From NCBI GenBank assembly GCA_000708835.1, contig DF237051.1, positions 62,001 to 126,000 on the forward strand: a stretch of DNA of 64,000 nucleotides. Direction: 5' to 3'. The position numbers and the translations under genes are program-made. Source of the DNA: Klebsormidium nitens. Taxonomy: Eukaryota; Plantae; Klebsormidiophyceae. Below are positions 35,472 to 47,994 of this stretch, piece after piece. The stretch's first letter is position 1; each line of letters opens with the position of its first letter. The notes under the pieces were generated by a model. It worked only from the letters and a program-made list of their open reading frames with translations, had not been told where the DNA came from and ran no database searches.

Positions 35472-38400
35472 ATGGACGCAGTGGTGTTGCGGCCAGGATA
35501 TTCAGCAGCTAGGCTTGGACACGGCTTGTCCTTCTCTCAGCATTCCTCACATCCTTCAGGACGGGGGCTTGAGTACATTCCGAAAAGCAAATGCTCCTGG
35601 GTATCAGCAAAAACTTCTACATGGTCAAGCAAGGTTGTACCAGCAAGGACCCCCACTAACCACTCCATCCCTTTCAGCAATGCTTTCGTTGGTAATGATA
35701 CTTTTCCTTTGAGAAACTTGAGGATGACGGGGAGGGGACTTGGCCGTGGTAGCAATGGGAGCGCAGTCCGCTGCGCAATGTCGTCGGTGGATGAGGACGA
35801 GACTGATGTCTGGTGAGTGCCACCAACTTTATGGATCGTCATGCTCAACAAATAGTTTTACAAGCATGGGACTTTGCATTCGTGCATTCTGATGTCCTTG
35901 AATCATGTATGTATGAAATGGCAGAAAGTCTACTAAGCATGGAGATTTTGAACGCTTCATCTTCATTTGATCGACCCCTTGGTATGAAACATCTCTTTTA
36001 GATCGGGGAGTTTACAGTGCGCTTGGAGAGAAGTTGCACGACGAAGTAAACAGCAAACGAGCTGTGCCACCAATGTGCCTCCACAAAAGGCCGTGCGGTC
36101 AATCCCATTGTTGCCGGAAATGTCAACACCAGACTCTACATTAAGCATGCCACTGGAAACACATAAAGGAATTCTCATCGTTGCAATGGTGGCTCCTGGA
36201 GATCCCTGACCCTGCGGAATCTGGCAGCGGTGACTTGTGCACAACCACCGAGGGCCTCTGCAACACGGTTGTTGGCGTCCTGGGGGGGGGACAGCTCGGC
36301 CGGATGCTCTGCCAGGCCGCGTCCCCGATGGGCCTGAAAGTGGACGTTTTGGACCCCCTGCCGGAAGCCCCCGCCAGCCGGATTGCACACCGACACGAGG
36401 TATGGCATCGGCCTTCTCGATGAGGGCGCTTTTCGCGGTTTCATTAAAGGTGAAGCGTAAAGTACATGCGCGAGCTGCACGCCTTTTGGCTCGTTAGTAA
36501 TGATCATGCAGCATGTAAGAGAGCTGATTTCACTCCAAGAGCTTTTTACTCTCTGTTCTCTTTCTGGCTGACTTGATAATAGTTTCCACACCTCTTCCGC
36601 TCTCTCGTTGATTGCATCTTTAGTAGCATGATCCACTCCCTTCCATTGTCCCTTACCTGGGTCTGCACAACTCCATTTTTCATCTCAACTCCAATCACTC
36701 CATTACTGGACACCCATCTCCTCAGGTGGGCAGCTTTAAGGACGCGTCTGCTGTCCGGATTTTTGCCCGAGGCTGCGGCGTGCTGACAGTGGAGATTGAA
36801 CACGTGGACGTCGACACTCTGGATGCCTTGGCGTCCGAGGGGGTCGATGTGGAGCCCCGTCCATCAACTATCCGTATCATCCAGGTAGGGAGAACAAGAC
36901 CCGTCAGGCGGTTTCTGCAAACAAAATTCCCTTCCTTTGAAGTCAAAGCAGATTGCAAGGGCTGAAGATTCCTCGTGTTGCTCAATGGAAGGTATGCCGC
37001 GGTGCCTCGGTCAGAAGCATGGGGCATCCAACCAAGTTTGATGCAGCACATCAGTTGTTTGTGTCCGGATGTGGCTTTTGGGATGCTTTCGAAGGCATAT
37101 CTCCAGAGGACTTGGCCTTAACACGCAGTATTTTAACACCTTCGCCCCCTCCTCTCTATTTCACACAAACGACTCTACAATCTTTGAAGGAGAGTAGAGC
37201 AAGATACATCAGACCGATTTGAAGGGTCAGGCTTGTGCAGGTCGCTTCTTGATTCGAAGAATTGAAGAATTGGGCCACTGGTATGACAGATCTTGCGGCT
37301 GGTTGACACCCGTGATTTTTACGACTTGAGTAGCCTCTGAGCTGTGGAGTGACCCATGGCACTCATCCATTGCAGGACAAGTACCTGCAAAAGGAGCACT
37401 TTGCAAAGAACGAAGTGCCACTGGCTGACTTTGTCAAGGTAAGCGCTGGATCGGCCCTACATCGTTTCTCAATCTCTCGACGACTGTCCTTAACTCTTCT
37501 GTAAGAACTCCAGGCCTTAGAGAGTATCGCTGGAGAGTATGTGAAGCGCCGAGACCCCTGAACAGTGTTACACTTTTCCGTCTGCACTTAGTGTCCTTTA
37601 GCCTCTTGGCTTCCACTTAGTAACTTAGAAAAGGAGTTGGCAATGTTTCCATCATTTTCGAGCATCCTATCTGCTTTGGAACCCCAACTTCCAAAATTTC
37701 AATGGGATGCGACCATTAGCCGGCCCCAGCACCACATCTTTCCTGATCTAGAAGCGCAGCAATCCACGGAAGGATTGCCATGAAACTTTTCAAATCCTCC
37801 CAGAATCCATTCTGAAAAAGCGAATCAGGCGTGCCCCTGTTTACGTCTTAAGTACCACTGAACTAAGGCGGTCGCAATTCCCGCCAGATCCTCAAGATCG
37901 TCGAAGCTTGCCTTCCCGCTCAGCAAGGCGACCCACCGTGCTGGATTGTACCTTTTTCTTCAAGACCCTTCTCAAGTTGCGTTTGTTAATATTTGAGTAC
38001 ATCTTTCCTGAGACTCTTTTCAAGTTGCATTTCGTCCGACTCTTGCTCTGTGTTCCCAGTTGGACGACATGGACGCTGCCATCCAGGCGGGGCGCACCTT
38101 CGGCTACCCGCTGATGATCAAGAGCCGCAAGATGGCATACGACGGGCGCGGCAACGCGGTGGCGCACTCAGTGGACAAGCTGGCCGAGGCGGTGCAGGTG
38201 CTTGGGGGCTTCGAGCGGGGGCTCTATGCCGAAAAGTGGGCGCCTTTCCAGAAGGTGGGGGGCTTAGTTCTCATTGGATGCTACCCCCCGTTTCTTTTGG
38301 GTTCCCTTTTTTCCCTTTTTGCGGGTATATGTATTCTAGCCTGCTGGCGGAGGCGGTACAGGTACTTGGGGGCTTTGAGCGGGGGCTCTATTCCGAAGAA

Positions 38401-41400
38401 TGGTAGGCCGACGGGGTTTGTCGACTTTCGTTAGTTCCTGCCCCCCTTGGAAACTGTTTCAGTTGTAGGTGCTGGGGGAATTTGAGCGGGGGGTCCATGG
38501 CGAGCTAAAGGCGGCCTTCCAAAAGGTGGGTGTCTGTTTCTCCTCGAAATCCGCTCCCCTTGAAAGCCGTTTGTTATCTGAGCGTTTCGTGGAAGATTAG
38601 GTATTCCTATTCCCCGCTCAGAGTACACTTTCCGCAGTACTTTTATGGGTTGTGGGATGCAGGCTCACAGCTGTCCCTTTAGGGTACTCAGACGCTGCGA
38701 GAGAGACTTTATTCTGGATTTATTATCGTTTATCTTGTCGCGCCCGCACGGTGCATTTAACCCGGAAGGATTGCGCTTGGTCACCTCCGTCTGGTTCGCA
38801 TCGAATGATACGCCTGGGGTTGGAAGTTTTACGCCTCGGGTCACTACGCCTGCAAGGCGATAGCAACCGGCCATAGCCGAGTTTTTAAACGCAGCGGTGG
38901 CCGACCCAAGGAGCAAAGCCTGCTGGCTCAAGAGTGCTGGGAGGGTTAGTACAATTGGAACAGACACTACTATTCAAGGCGGATATCTTCAATTCTCATC
39001 GCTTTGATGCATTTGCGCAAGTACGGCCATTGGAGAGTTGCTGCGTTAGGCTCCCTCGGTTCTGGCGATAGCCGTGGCTATTGCAAATCCCCGATCACAG
39101 TCTGTGTCTGATGAATGCGGCCTTGCATATCGATCGTTTCCAGCTTGGCCCCCTAAGAGCTGGCGACCTGCACTCTTAGAGCTGGCGACCGGCACTCTCA
39201 GAAGGGTCATCATGTTGTAACTCCTCCTAGACACTCAGGTCCATCGTCTCAACTCATAGTTGTCTTCAGTTACCCTTTGTAAGGAGAACTGGTCCCCCAC
39301 GGTCGCCCCTTAGTCAGACACGGCTAGGAAACGCTTTTTCTGTCTATGCGTCTCGTGATGAGCTCTGATTTAACATGACCTTGTTTTCTGATCCGCCTCT
39401 TACCTCCGCCGGCAATGGTAAGTGCCCCTGTCCGGATGGTTTGCTTTACTCAAGTCTTTTCCAACCGCCTTTTGGAAACTTACTACTTTCTCTCACTCTT
39501 TCCCTCCTAATATAAGCTCCATATCAATCTTTTACAGGAGCTGGCGGTGATGGTTGCTCGAGGCCGCGACGGCTCCCTCCGCTCATACCCGGTCGTCGAA
39601 ACCGCGCACAAGGACAACATCTGCCACACGGTCGAGGCGCCGGCCGCGATCCCGGAAGCGACGGCGAAAGCAGCCCTCAAAGTGGCGGAAAAAGCGGTAG
39701 GGTGCTTGTACGGAGCGGGGGTCTTTGGCGTGGAGCTGTTCCTGCTTCCGGATGGGGAGGTGAGAAGCTGGATTTGTGCTTCTTGGGAGCTCAAGCTTGG
39801 CCTTGCTTCGATTTCTTTGGGCAACGGGGGGGGGGTCGAGGCGCCAGTGCCAGCCTTGGAAACTGAAGGCGCATTCGGTAAAGAAGGCGAACGGGTGCCT
39901 GTTTCGAGCAGGGGCCTTTGACGTGGCGCTGTTTCTGCTTCCAGACGGACAGGTGAGGATCAGAGTCGTTCGAAGGGGTTTGAAACTCGGGATTGTCTTG
40001 GTATAAGAATAGGGTACCGGGAAAGCCTCCGAGAAGCGCCCGAGACAGCGACGGCTAAAGCGGCCTTCAAAGTTGCGGAGAGAGCGTTTGGGTATTTCTA
40101 AGGAGAGAGGTCTTTGCCGTAGAGCTTTTCCTGCTTCGAGGCGGCCAGGTGAGCTCCGTAATGTTCTGGGACGTAGTCGCACTTTGGGGTTCTTCTGAAT
40201 TTGACGCTACTTAAGAAACGGGATAAGGTCTAGAGCGCCCACAATAGGCGCAGATGCGACGGCAGACCCGGTTCTCAATCTGGCCGGCAACATGGTGGGT
40301 TACTTTTACGGAGTGGAATTCTCTGGGGTGTAACCTTTCTGCTTGCGAATAGGTAGATGCAGGTAGATTGGCAGAGTCGGTACGGAAAGCGAGTGGGTCC
40401 TTGCCACTGCTCCGGCAGATCTTGCTGAACGAGTTGGCCCTGCACCCGTGCAACAGCGGCAACTCCATGATGAGGCGTAACTCGTCTAAAGGGAAGAAGC
40501 TTTTTGTGCTCTCAAATGGCAGGGTTCCTGGCCCCAGCATCAGCTCGCTGCTCGCTGCTCGTGCAAATCTTGCGGAACGAGGTGGCCCTCCGCTTCCCGG
40601 AAAAGTGCGACGAAAACCCCGGCGAAGTTCCAAGTTCGATAGACTGCCCTTCTCAACGCACTCTTGGGCCACTCAAAGTCTTCAAGTTTGGATCCTCGTC
40701 GCCGTGCAGATCCTGCTGAACGAGGCGGCCCCCCGCCCCCACAACAGCGGCGACTACACGATCGAGGCTAATACATGCCCAAGAAGGGACTATTGTTAAC
40801 GGCAAGGCCCTACTTTCTAAGCTAACACGCCTGAATTAAGAGCACCACATTGCTTCTTGCTGCCCACGCAGATTCTGCTGAACGAGGTGGCCCCCGCCCC
40901 CACAACAGCGGCCACTACACGATCGAGGCGTACCTGTATTTTCGAAAGACCACCATTTTCAGGGTCGCCAGAGATTGCCCTTGCCCGAACTGATCGATAA
41001 CCTCAATCGCCGTGCAGATTCTACTGAATGAGGTGGCCCCGCGTCCCCACAACAGCGGCCACTACACCATCGAGGCGTGCGCGACGAGCCAGTACGAGCA
41101 GCACCTGCGGGCGGTCCTGGGGCTGCCGCTTGGCGACCCGGCGATGAAGACGCCCGCGGCGATTATGCTCAACATCCTGGGAGAAGCGGAGGTGGGCGCG
41201 AAAGCTGCGATTTCGGTCTTCGAAGTTTTCTTCTTGGTTGCAAGATTTCGGGTTCGGCCTTCACGAATCGGAACGCCTCGCCTTGGCTTGGGTCAAGAAA
41301 GGGCGAGTGGAAAAAGGGTACGGTAGACTCTGCTTCGCTGAAGGTGTTGTAGGCAGATTCACCGACATTCCTGAGGTGAGAGCGACCGTTCTTTTGATGA

Positions 41401-44400
41401 TGGCCTCTTGTTGTAAACTGTGTGGTTTCCGAACTAAGACTTGTCGTCAGCATGTTCGGCCCCAGAATGGTTCGGATTATCAACCAGGAGTATTCTGAAG
41501 AAGCTGCTTCGAAGGAGGGTGTCAAAGGCAATCATCCCCCACACGGAAGCGGAGACGAGCGGATTGCCTCCTGCGGGTTATCTTTTCAAGCCCTTCGGAC
41601 TCTGAGCTTGGAAATACCTTTCAAACAAGTTCTGAAGGTGCCAAGAAGCTGCTCCTCCGTTCGTTCTTTCGTCTCGGACTGCAGATTCGCGGTATGTTCA
41701 CAGGCCTAGTTCCTTGCATCCGAAACTGATGTCAAAGACCCTGCTTGTGGCAGGGCGAGGCGGGAGTGTCGAATCCTTCAAGATTTTTGTGTCGGACTGC
41801 AAACTTCGTCACGTTAGAGGGCCGTGTTCCTTACTGATGTCGGAAATCCTGGTTATGGCAGGGCGAAGCGGGGATGGCGGCGGCGCACAAGCTGCTCCAC
41901 AGTGCGGTGGCGGTGCCGGGGGCCAGCGTGCACTGGTACGAGAAACCGGGTGAGCCATGATCGAAACCAGACTGCCCACGTTCGCGTCTGGCACTGCCGT
42001 TGTAGTTTGAAAAGTGCCATTGAAAGGTTAAGGGTACTCCGTTGCTTGTCTGGATAGGTGAGGCTGATTCCGGAACTTGGTAAGAAGCACAGCTTTCAAT
42101 CTTGTGCGACATCCTCAGTTCTATTGCTGGAATGTCGGTAAGGCAAAGCGAAGCAATCCCCTCCGCTTTCGGGAGGATGAAAGTTAACAGTTCAGCTTTC
42201 GCTCTGGGCTATACTTGGCTTTGGCAACTCTGGATCACTGCACTCTGGTTTTCAACCGCTCTTGATCGGGCTTCTTTTTGACAACATTGATTCGCATACT
42301 GAGCGCCTCATGTTCCGCATGTAGACGTCCGACCACAGCGCAAGATCGGCCACATCACGATTGTCGGGCCGGACCGCCGGACGGTGCGGAGACGCCTCGC
42401 GGAGATCGTCCAAAAAGCCGGGTGGACCGGGGACAAAGTGCCACCCCTCGCGCGCTCTGCGTCGGACGATACATCCGTTACCGCCGATAATGGTTATGCC
42501 GAGAGCTTGGCGACAGCAGTTGATGAGTTAGAGGCCCCGACTGGCGAAGGGACGAGCGGAGCAGGGGAGGGAAGCTTAGAAGGTAGCGGAAGCGTGGGGG
42601 TTTCGGAACAGGGGGGTGCCAGTAGATCGGAATCGACCCCCCGAGAGGAGGCGGGCACGAGTTACGGGACGCCTGGAGCCCAAGTGGGGATTATCATGGG
42701 GTCCGATTCGGACCTGCCGGTCATGTCCGCAGCGGCGGCCGTTCTCGAGGACTTCGGCATACCCTATGAGGTAAGTGCATAGCCTATGCAAGGATTTGAC
42801 CACATGAGTTGCTTTTTGTGAGGGATTTTGGGTGTTCAAATTCGGCCAAGGCGGGCTGATGTGACATCAAGGGCGTTGCTGAGCAAACTGGTGACATATT
42901 CCCTCCTTTAACAACCTGCCAGGGTCCTGGTCCGAATACCAGTCGGCAATCAACAATCTGCCGTACCAGGTCTGTCTAACTCTGCACTGTACGGTTTGCT
43001 GCAGTTTTGACAACCTTTTGGATTTTGAGGAGCGTGTCTATACGTTTCAACTGTAAACAGAGCTGCTTTTGATTCGTACTGCGTCCTTAGATCCTCGGAA
43101 CTCACGCTCTGTGGACCAAGCGCATAGCCACTCACGAATCGGATTAGTGTCCGTTTGCCTTTCTGACATCGTTCCTTATCGTGCAGTTGACTGTGGTGTC
43201 GGCCCACCGGACCCCTGACCGGATGTTTGAGTACGCAAAGCGCGCACATAAGCGGGGCATCCGGGCAATAATAGCGGGCGCCGGGGGGGCAGCTCATTTA
43301 CCAGGTGCGCATCCGGATGACTTCGAAAGCCTGAACTCTCACCGTTTAGAAGCCTAAACTCGTAAGATTTGTCCCAGCTCGAGGCCTACAAACGCTGAAA
43401 GGGACTTCGTGACAACTAGAGTGACTGTTTTTGCCCAGTGTTTCTTGGCACGATGCACAGACACGCAAAAATCGATTATGGTCGGCCGCATTGTTCCCCT
43501 CTGTCGGGGTTGAATGTTCTGTTGAGAGTCTTACCGACAGCGTGGTCGTTCGTACGCTTGTTCAAAGTGCGTGTAGGACTTTTGTTTTCACTCCATGCAA
43601 TCGCCGGGCTGGGAGGCCAAAATGAGAAGATTTTAGTTCTGGATTTTACTTTTCGTGTCCATAAGATTATGTTCTCTCCACCTAAGAGTACAGTAAGGTA
43701 GGCCTTGCCAGGAGTCATGCCTTCTCGACAATCTGGGTATACCACATTCGTAGTACAATGCAAAGAATAGGCGTTCTTCACATTCGGTCCGTCCAGAAAC
43801 GACTGAGCCGCAAGGAGTGTGCAACTCCATCTTATGACGCCCACTCGAGCAAAGTGCTCACATACATTTTCCACCTTGTTTTGGCTCAGGTATGGTGGCG
43901 GCGCTCTCCCCCCTCCCGGTCTTCGGCGTCCCAGTCAAGGGCTCGACGCTCGACGGAATGGACTCTCTGCTGTCAATCGTCCAGGTGAAGATCTAAACAA
44001 CTCAACGACCAATAGTACTGTAGCCATCAGTCATTCCACAAAGTCCACAAATGCCGGTTCAAGTATCCAAAGATTCGGATGCCTTTTGATGCTTTGATGA
44101 TCCACGTGAAGGCAGTTCCGTACGAGGGATGTTGTATTGACGGCTACTCTTATCACTTCTACTACTCGTATGTGTACGCAAGTCCCTTCATGGTCGACGG
44201 TCCAGAAGCTCCGTTAGGCTCGACCCACTTCCTCAACACATGGTTCCTTCGCACGATAGATTTCGGGAGGGAAGAGGCTATGTTGCCTTGGGCCTTCGAG
44301 CCTTTGAATTTCTCCTGGGAGCCCATGAGCTCTCAGATCTGTTGCTGTTTTACCAATTTCTGCCATTTTCTTCCCCCCCCCTCAGATGCCACGGGGGATC

Positions 44401-44598
44401 CCCGTGGGAACATTGGCCATTAACAACGCAATGAACGCCGCGCTCCAAGTGGTGCGGGTGTTTGGGGCCTTCGACCCGGCCGTCTCCGAGAAGATCGTGG
44501 CGTACCACAAGGATCTAGAACGGATAGTGCTGGAAAAGGCCGAGAAGCTTGAGGCGGTGGGGTGGAAGAAGTACTTGGATGGGCAGCGAAAACAATGA
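35472..44598 (+). CDS. ADE2: Phosphoribosylaminoimidazole (AIR) carboxylase, fused PurK-PurE (ADE2-type), plastid-targeted
   Basis: Exons: 35472-35812, 36228-36399, 36726-36884, 37376-37438, 38060-38254, 39538-39759, 41018-41191, 41862-41949, 42325-42770, 43187-43304, 43890-43984, 44386-44598. PurK motifs [55 protein letters not shown]. PurE motifs [43 protein letters not shown]. Confidence 0.97.
38340..38530 (+). repeat. Two echoes of AIR carboxylase exon 5 3' end
   Basis: About 38341-38405 ([20 protein letters not shown]) and about 38462-38530 (ending CCTTCCAAAAG|GTGGG) copy the exon end [25 protein letters not shown]|GTGGG. Confidence 0.9.
39156..39202 (+). repeat. 22-bp tandem duplication, intronic
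   Basis: AGAGCTGGCGACCTGCACTCTT / AGAGCTGGCGACCGGCACTCTC. Confidence 0.8.
39868..40935 (+). repeat. AIR carboxylase intron 6 filled with two donor echoes and four acceptor echoes
   Basis: Donor-side copies at about 39868-39958 and 40010-40155 (both ending CAG|GTGAG). Acceptor-side copies start at 40419, 40567 (CAG changed to CAA), 40710 and 40872, repeating the exon start at 41018 ([20 protein letters not shown]). Confidence 0.93.
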
Positions 44599-47500
44599 CG
44601 TGTCTGTCCGATCGTGGCTCTGGAGTCGATGCAACCGTGTGATTTGAGTGGCGTTTGTATGCTCGTTTGCAAGGATGGCGGTTGATCCCTTCAACCGGTT
44701 ACTACATTGGGTGTGATGATCGCTTGGTGTCTCGGTGTATTTTGGAGTTGAACCACGTGCATCGAGGCATCACTCTCCTCAAGGCGTGGCCGCGGGTTAA
44801 GGCGTGTTCTCATTTAGTGAACCGTGGGATGACGGTCAATATACTAAGTGAGCGGTGGTCCCTTGGTGAATCAACAAAGTTAACAAGCGAGAATATGATC
44901 CGATGGGTTTGCAAACGATCGTATTTTTGTTGGCCGGGTCCCATGTAGGTCAATTTGGCTGTGCAAATTCACTCTGTATCAGGCAGTTGCATTTGAGTCG
45001 GTCAGAGCACTGCGTACGACCACCAAGCTGAGCCTGGCCTACTCCGAGATTAGTGTGCAGAGCGTCCCGGCGGCCACGGAATGCATGGCAACGTCAATTG
45101 GTTGAGGCATTGCATGATGTCGTTGTAGGTGAAGCTTAATTAACACGTGTTAGTACAGGCCGGGTGAAATAAGCAAGGTTTGGAGGGGGGGTGTGGAGCA
45201 TCATTGCACCGCGCCTTTCTGGACCGGCCACCATGCTTGAAGTGGTGGTTACGATCGTTCAATCATATGGTCAATAAGCTAGGCAGAATCCGTTATGCTA
45301 GACATGCAGCGTTGCTATACTCGCTTCAATGCATTGATAGACAAAGAGTATATATGTTTGTATACACACCTTCTTGCATCAGCACACATTCACACACATG
45401 CGCCGCACGAGTCCATGGCTTAATTTGTCAATTTTGCTGCACGCTATGCTCAGTGGTTAGCTGGTGGGAATGCAGAACGTGTATAGGTAGTACGACTAAC
45501 TACCTACATTAACAAACTTCAGTATAAGCCTATTGAATAGTACGCTGCATAGACGGCTCAGCTGAGCGGTGGCCGGGCGGCTGTACGCCGCCATGGTGCA
45601 CGGGTAATCGGATACGGCGGCCGCGGCGGACTAGCCTGGCTGAGTGAACGCCCGCGCGCGGCCCCAGCCCCATAATCCAACTTTGATTTTAATTGCAATG
45701 GTGACGATGCCATGATGCCCATGTGACCGCATCGGGTGCTGACGTTGGCTGACGTCGACTGCGAGATTTGCGGGTATCTTTATGACTTACCAAGTTCGTA
45801 TTAGGTAACGGTCGTTTAGTAACCCATGCGTTCCTGCAAACTCTATCCATCTACGGAAGTGACCGGTGCATTCAACCGACAGTTCTTGACACTTGTAGTG
45901 GGTACTTGGTACCCGGCCCTGGCCGCTGGTGATGTGTGGACACGAGCTGGCGTTGATGAGGTAATTCAAGAATGAATTTATATCTTGTACTGTAGGTCGT
46001 ATACCGTAAATGCAAGCGGTTTGGTCCGACTCGTGACTCGTGAGTCCAGACGTACGCCATAGATATCCGGAATACCTAAGAAACCGGCCGGTTGACCTCG
46101 CTGGCGGTCGGTGCTTATTTAGCCGAGCACTCAGTTGTACGCCCCGGGGGACAACCAAAAGGGTCCAAAACGCAGCCATGGAAATACCACCATAAATTGA
46201 ATAGTACCATCCCCGGCCATTTACTGGTCCGAGTTCGGCCGGGGAGTCTGTCTGGACTCTGGAGACTGGACCGTTCCCTACCGGTTGAACGCCCGGGCAT
46301 GATCATTACCTGTTTCTCAAACCCGTGTACAATTAATTGTGACCATCACAGAAGGATACAGGTGGACCGTGACATCGGCGCCACGTTGGTATGTACTGAC
46401 GAGCAATGATCGTCAGCAGATTACGTATTATTACTGCTTGCGTCAGGTAAGAGTGAATGACGGAAGCACTTTTTAACGGGATCAGCACGAGCTGTCAGTC
46501 GCACAGATGGCCACGTTGGCACACTGTAGAGGGATCAACGTCACGGCGTCTGACAAAGCTACATTTTGCCACGTGTCAACTTCGGAAGCCGTTGCAGCAA
46601 AAGGGCACCGCGAGTTTCTATGTCTTGAAAATACGTCACGCGTCACAAGATCCGGCGGCTCGATTTGAGGTGGATCGCAGGATCCGCTCTGCATCCTCCG
46701 AAATAAACTGCCGCAGGGAGTTACCTCACAGATTTGATTCTGACCGACTCGGCGGTAGGGTTCGGAAGCGGATGCGAAGGTGAAACGGCAAAGTCATGAT
46801 GCACGACGAAATTGCAGCCTCATGGTTTCAAATCAGGCCCCGAGATTGTGAACAAAAGGCTCTGAAACGCCGATATCAGATCCTAGCGCTGAATATCTAG
46901 GAGAAATGGGAGGAAGGCGCCTTGCCCCGTCACCCGTTTCCCGCACCCTGCCGCAGCGCATCAGCTGATTCGTATCCAAAGCGCGCAAGATCGACAAAGA
47001 GATACGTGGACGCGTTTTCAAAGGGGGCTACATTCCATGTGTCCATCGTTCTGACAGCCCACACGGCTAGTTGAGGAGCCTACACCTTGTGTTTGCATTG
47101 GAGACAGCTTCTGTGCTTGCAGGAAGTGGGCAGTGTGCAAGGAGCAAGGAGCAAACGCAGCGAGGCGCGCAATCTTATCTACTTGAGGTGAGCAATTACC
47201 ATGTGATGAGTCTTGTGTCGCAGGTTGTGCAGGATTGTGCCCAATTGCACTGACCTTTGCTGAGGTCAGCAGCTTATTCAGGAGCTGAGAGCCTTCTTGG
47301 TGAGGCGCGCCATCAAGTCATCTTCCCCCATAAGGCACATTACGCCCCTGTTGCTCCCAACTAGTCTAGTGGGCTGTGCATACTTCTTTTGCAAAGTCCC
47401 CACACGATGCAACACTGTGTCAACATGTCTTTATTGCTTGATTCTGTGCCCTATGTGGGTCTTGGAGTCTTAGCTAGCGCATGATCATTCGCTGGCGCTC

Positions 47501-47937
47501 TGGAGTGTGTTTGCAGACGCTAGTATTTGCAGAAGAGCCCTGATCTCTTGGTGGTCTTGCCGCATTGTGTGAGTATGGTATGAGGGGGGCTCTCTTCTGA
47601 GGTTGCCTCCTATTGCCTCCTATTCCCAAGCTGAATGGGGAGTGGTCTCTATTCTTTGTGGTTCTGTTTCGCAGTTCTTTTAATCAACCTCTCACGACAT
47701 GCTTTCTTTGAGTGCTGAGAAGAGCATAGCTCCAGGTGCGGTGTATTGCACTACTTCAGCTGGACTTCTCTTAGCAATGCAGGGTATTGCTTCAGAAAGC
47801 CCAGCATCCCGAGCGAGAGCCAGGATTGATCTCTGTAGACCAAAGATAAGCATAATGTGGGTCTTAACCCCTTTGTTTGTGACCAACCTGATACGTAACG
47901 TCCTTGCCAGCCCAGCAGGCTTTTAGTTCAGTGTTTG

Positions 47938-47994
47938 GGTTAGCTGGAGTTGGTATGACTAGGTTAGCTGGGGTTGGTATGACTGGTTAGCTGG
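47938..47994 (+). repeat. About 24-bp tandem repeat, 2.4 units
   Basis: GGTTAGCTGGAGTTGGTATGACTA / GGTTAGCTGGGGTTGGTATGACT / GGTTAGCTGG. Confidence 0.8.

Noticed and set aside
45855-46300. Weak inverted repeat CCGGTGCATTCAACCG / CGGTTGAACGCCCGG
   Set aside because: About 15 bp, imperfect, with no TSD or clear termini.
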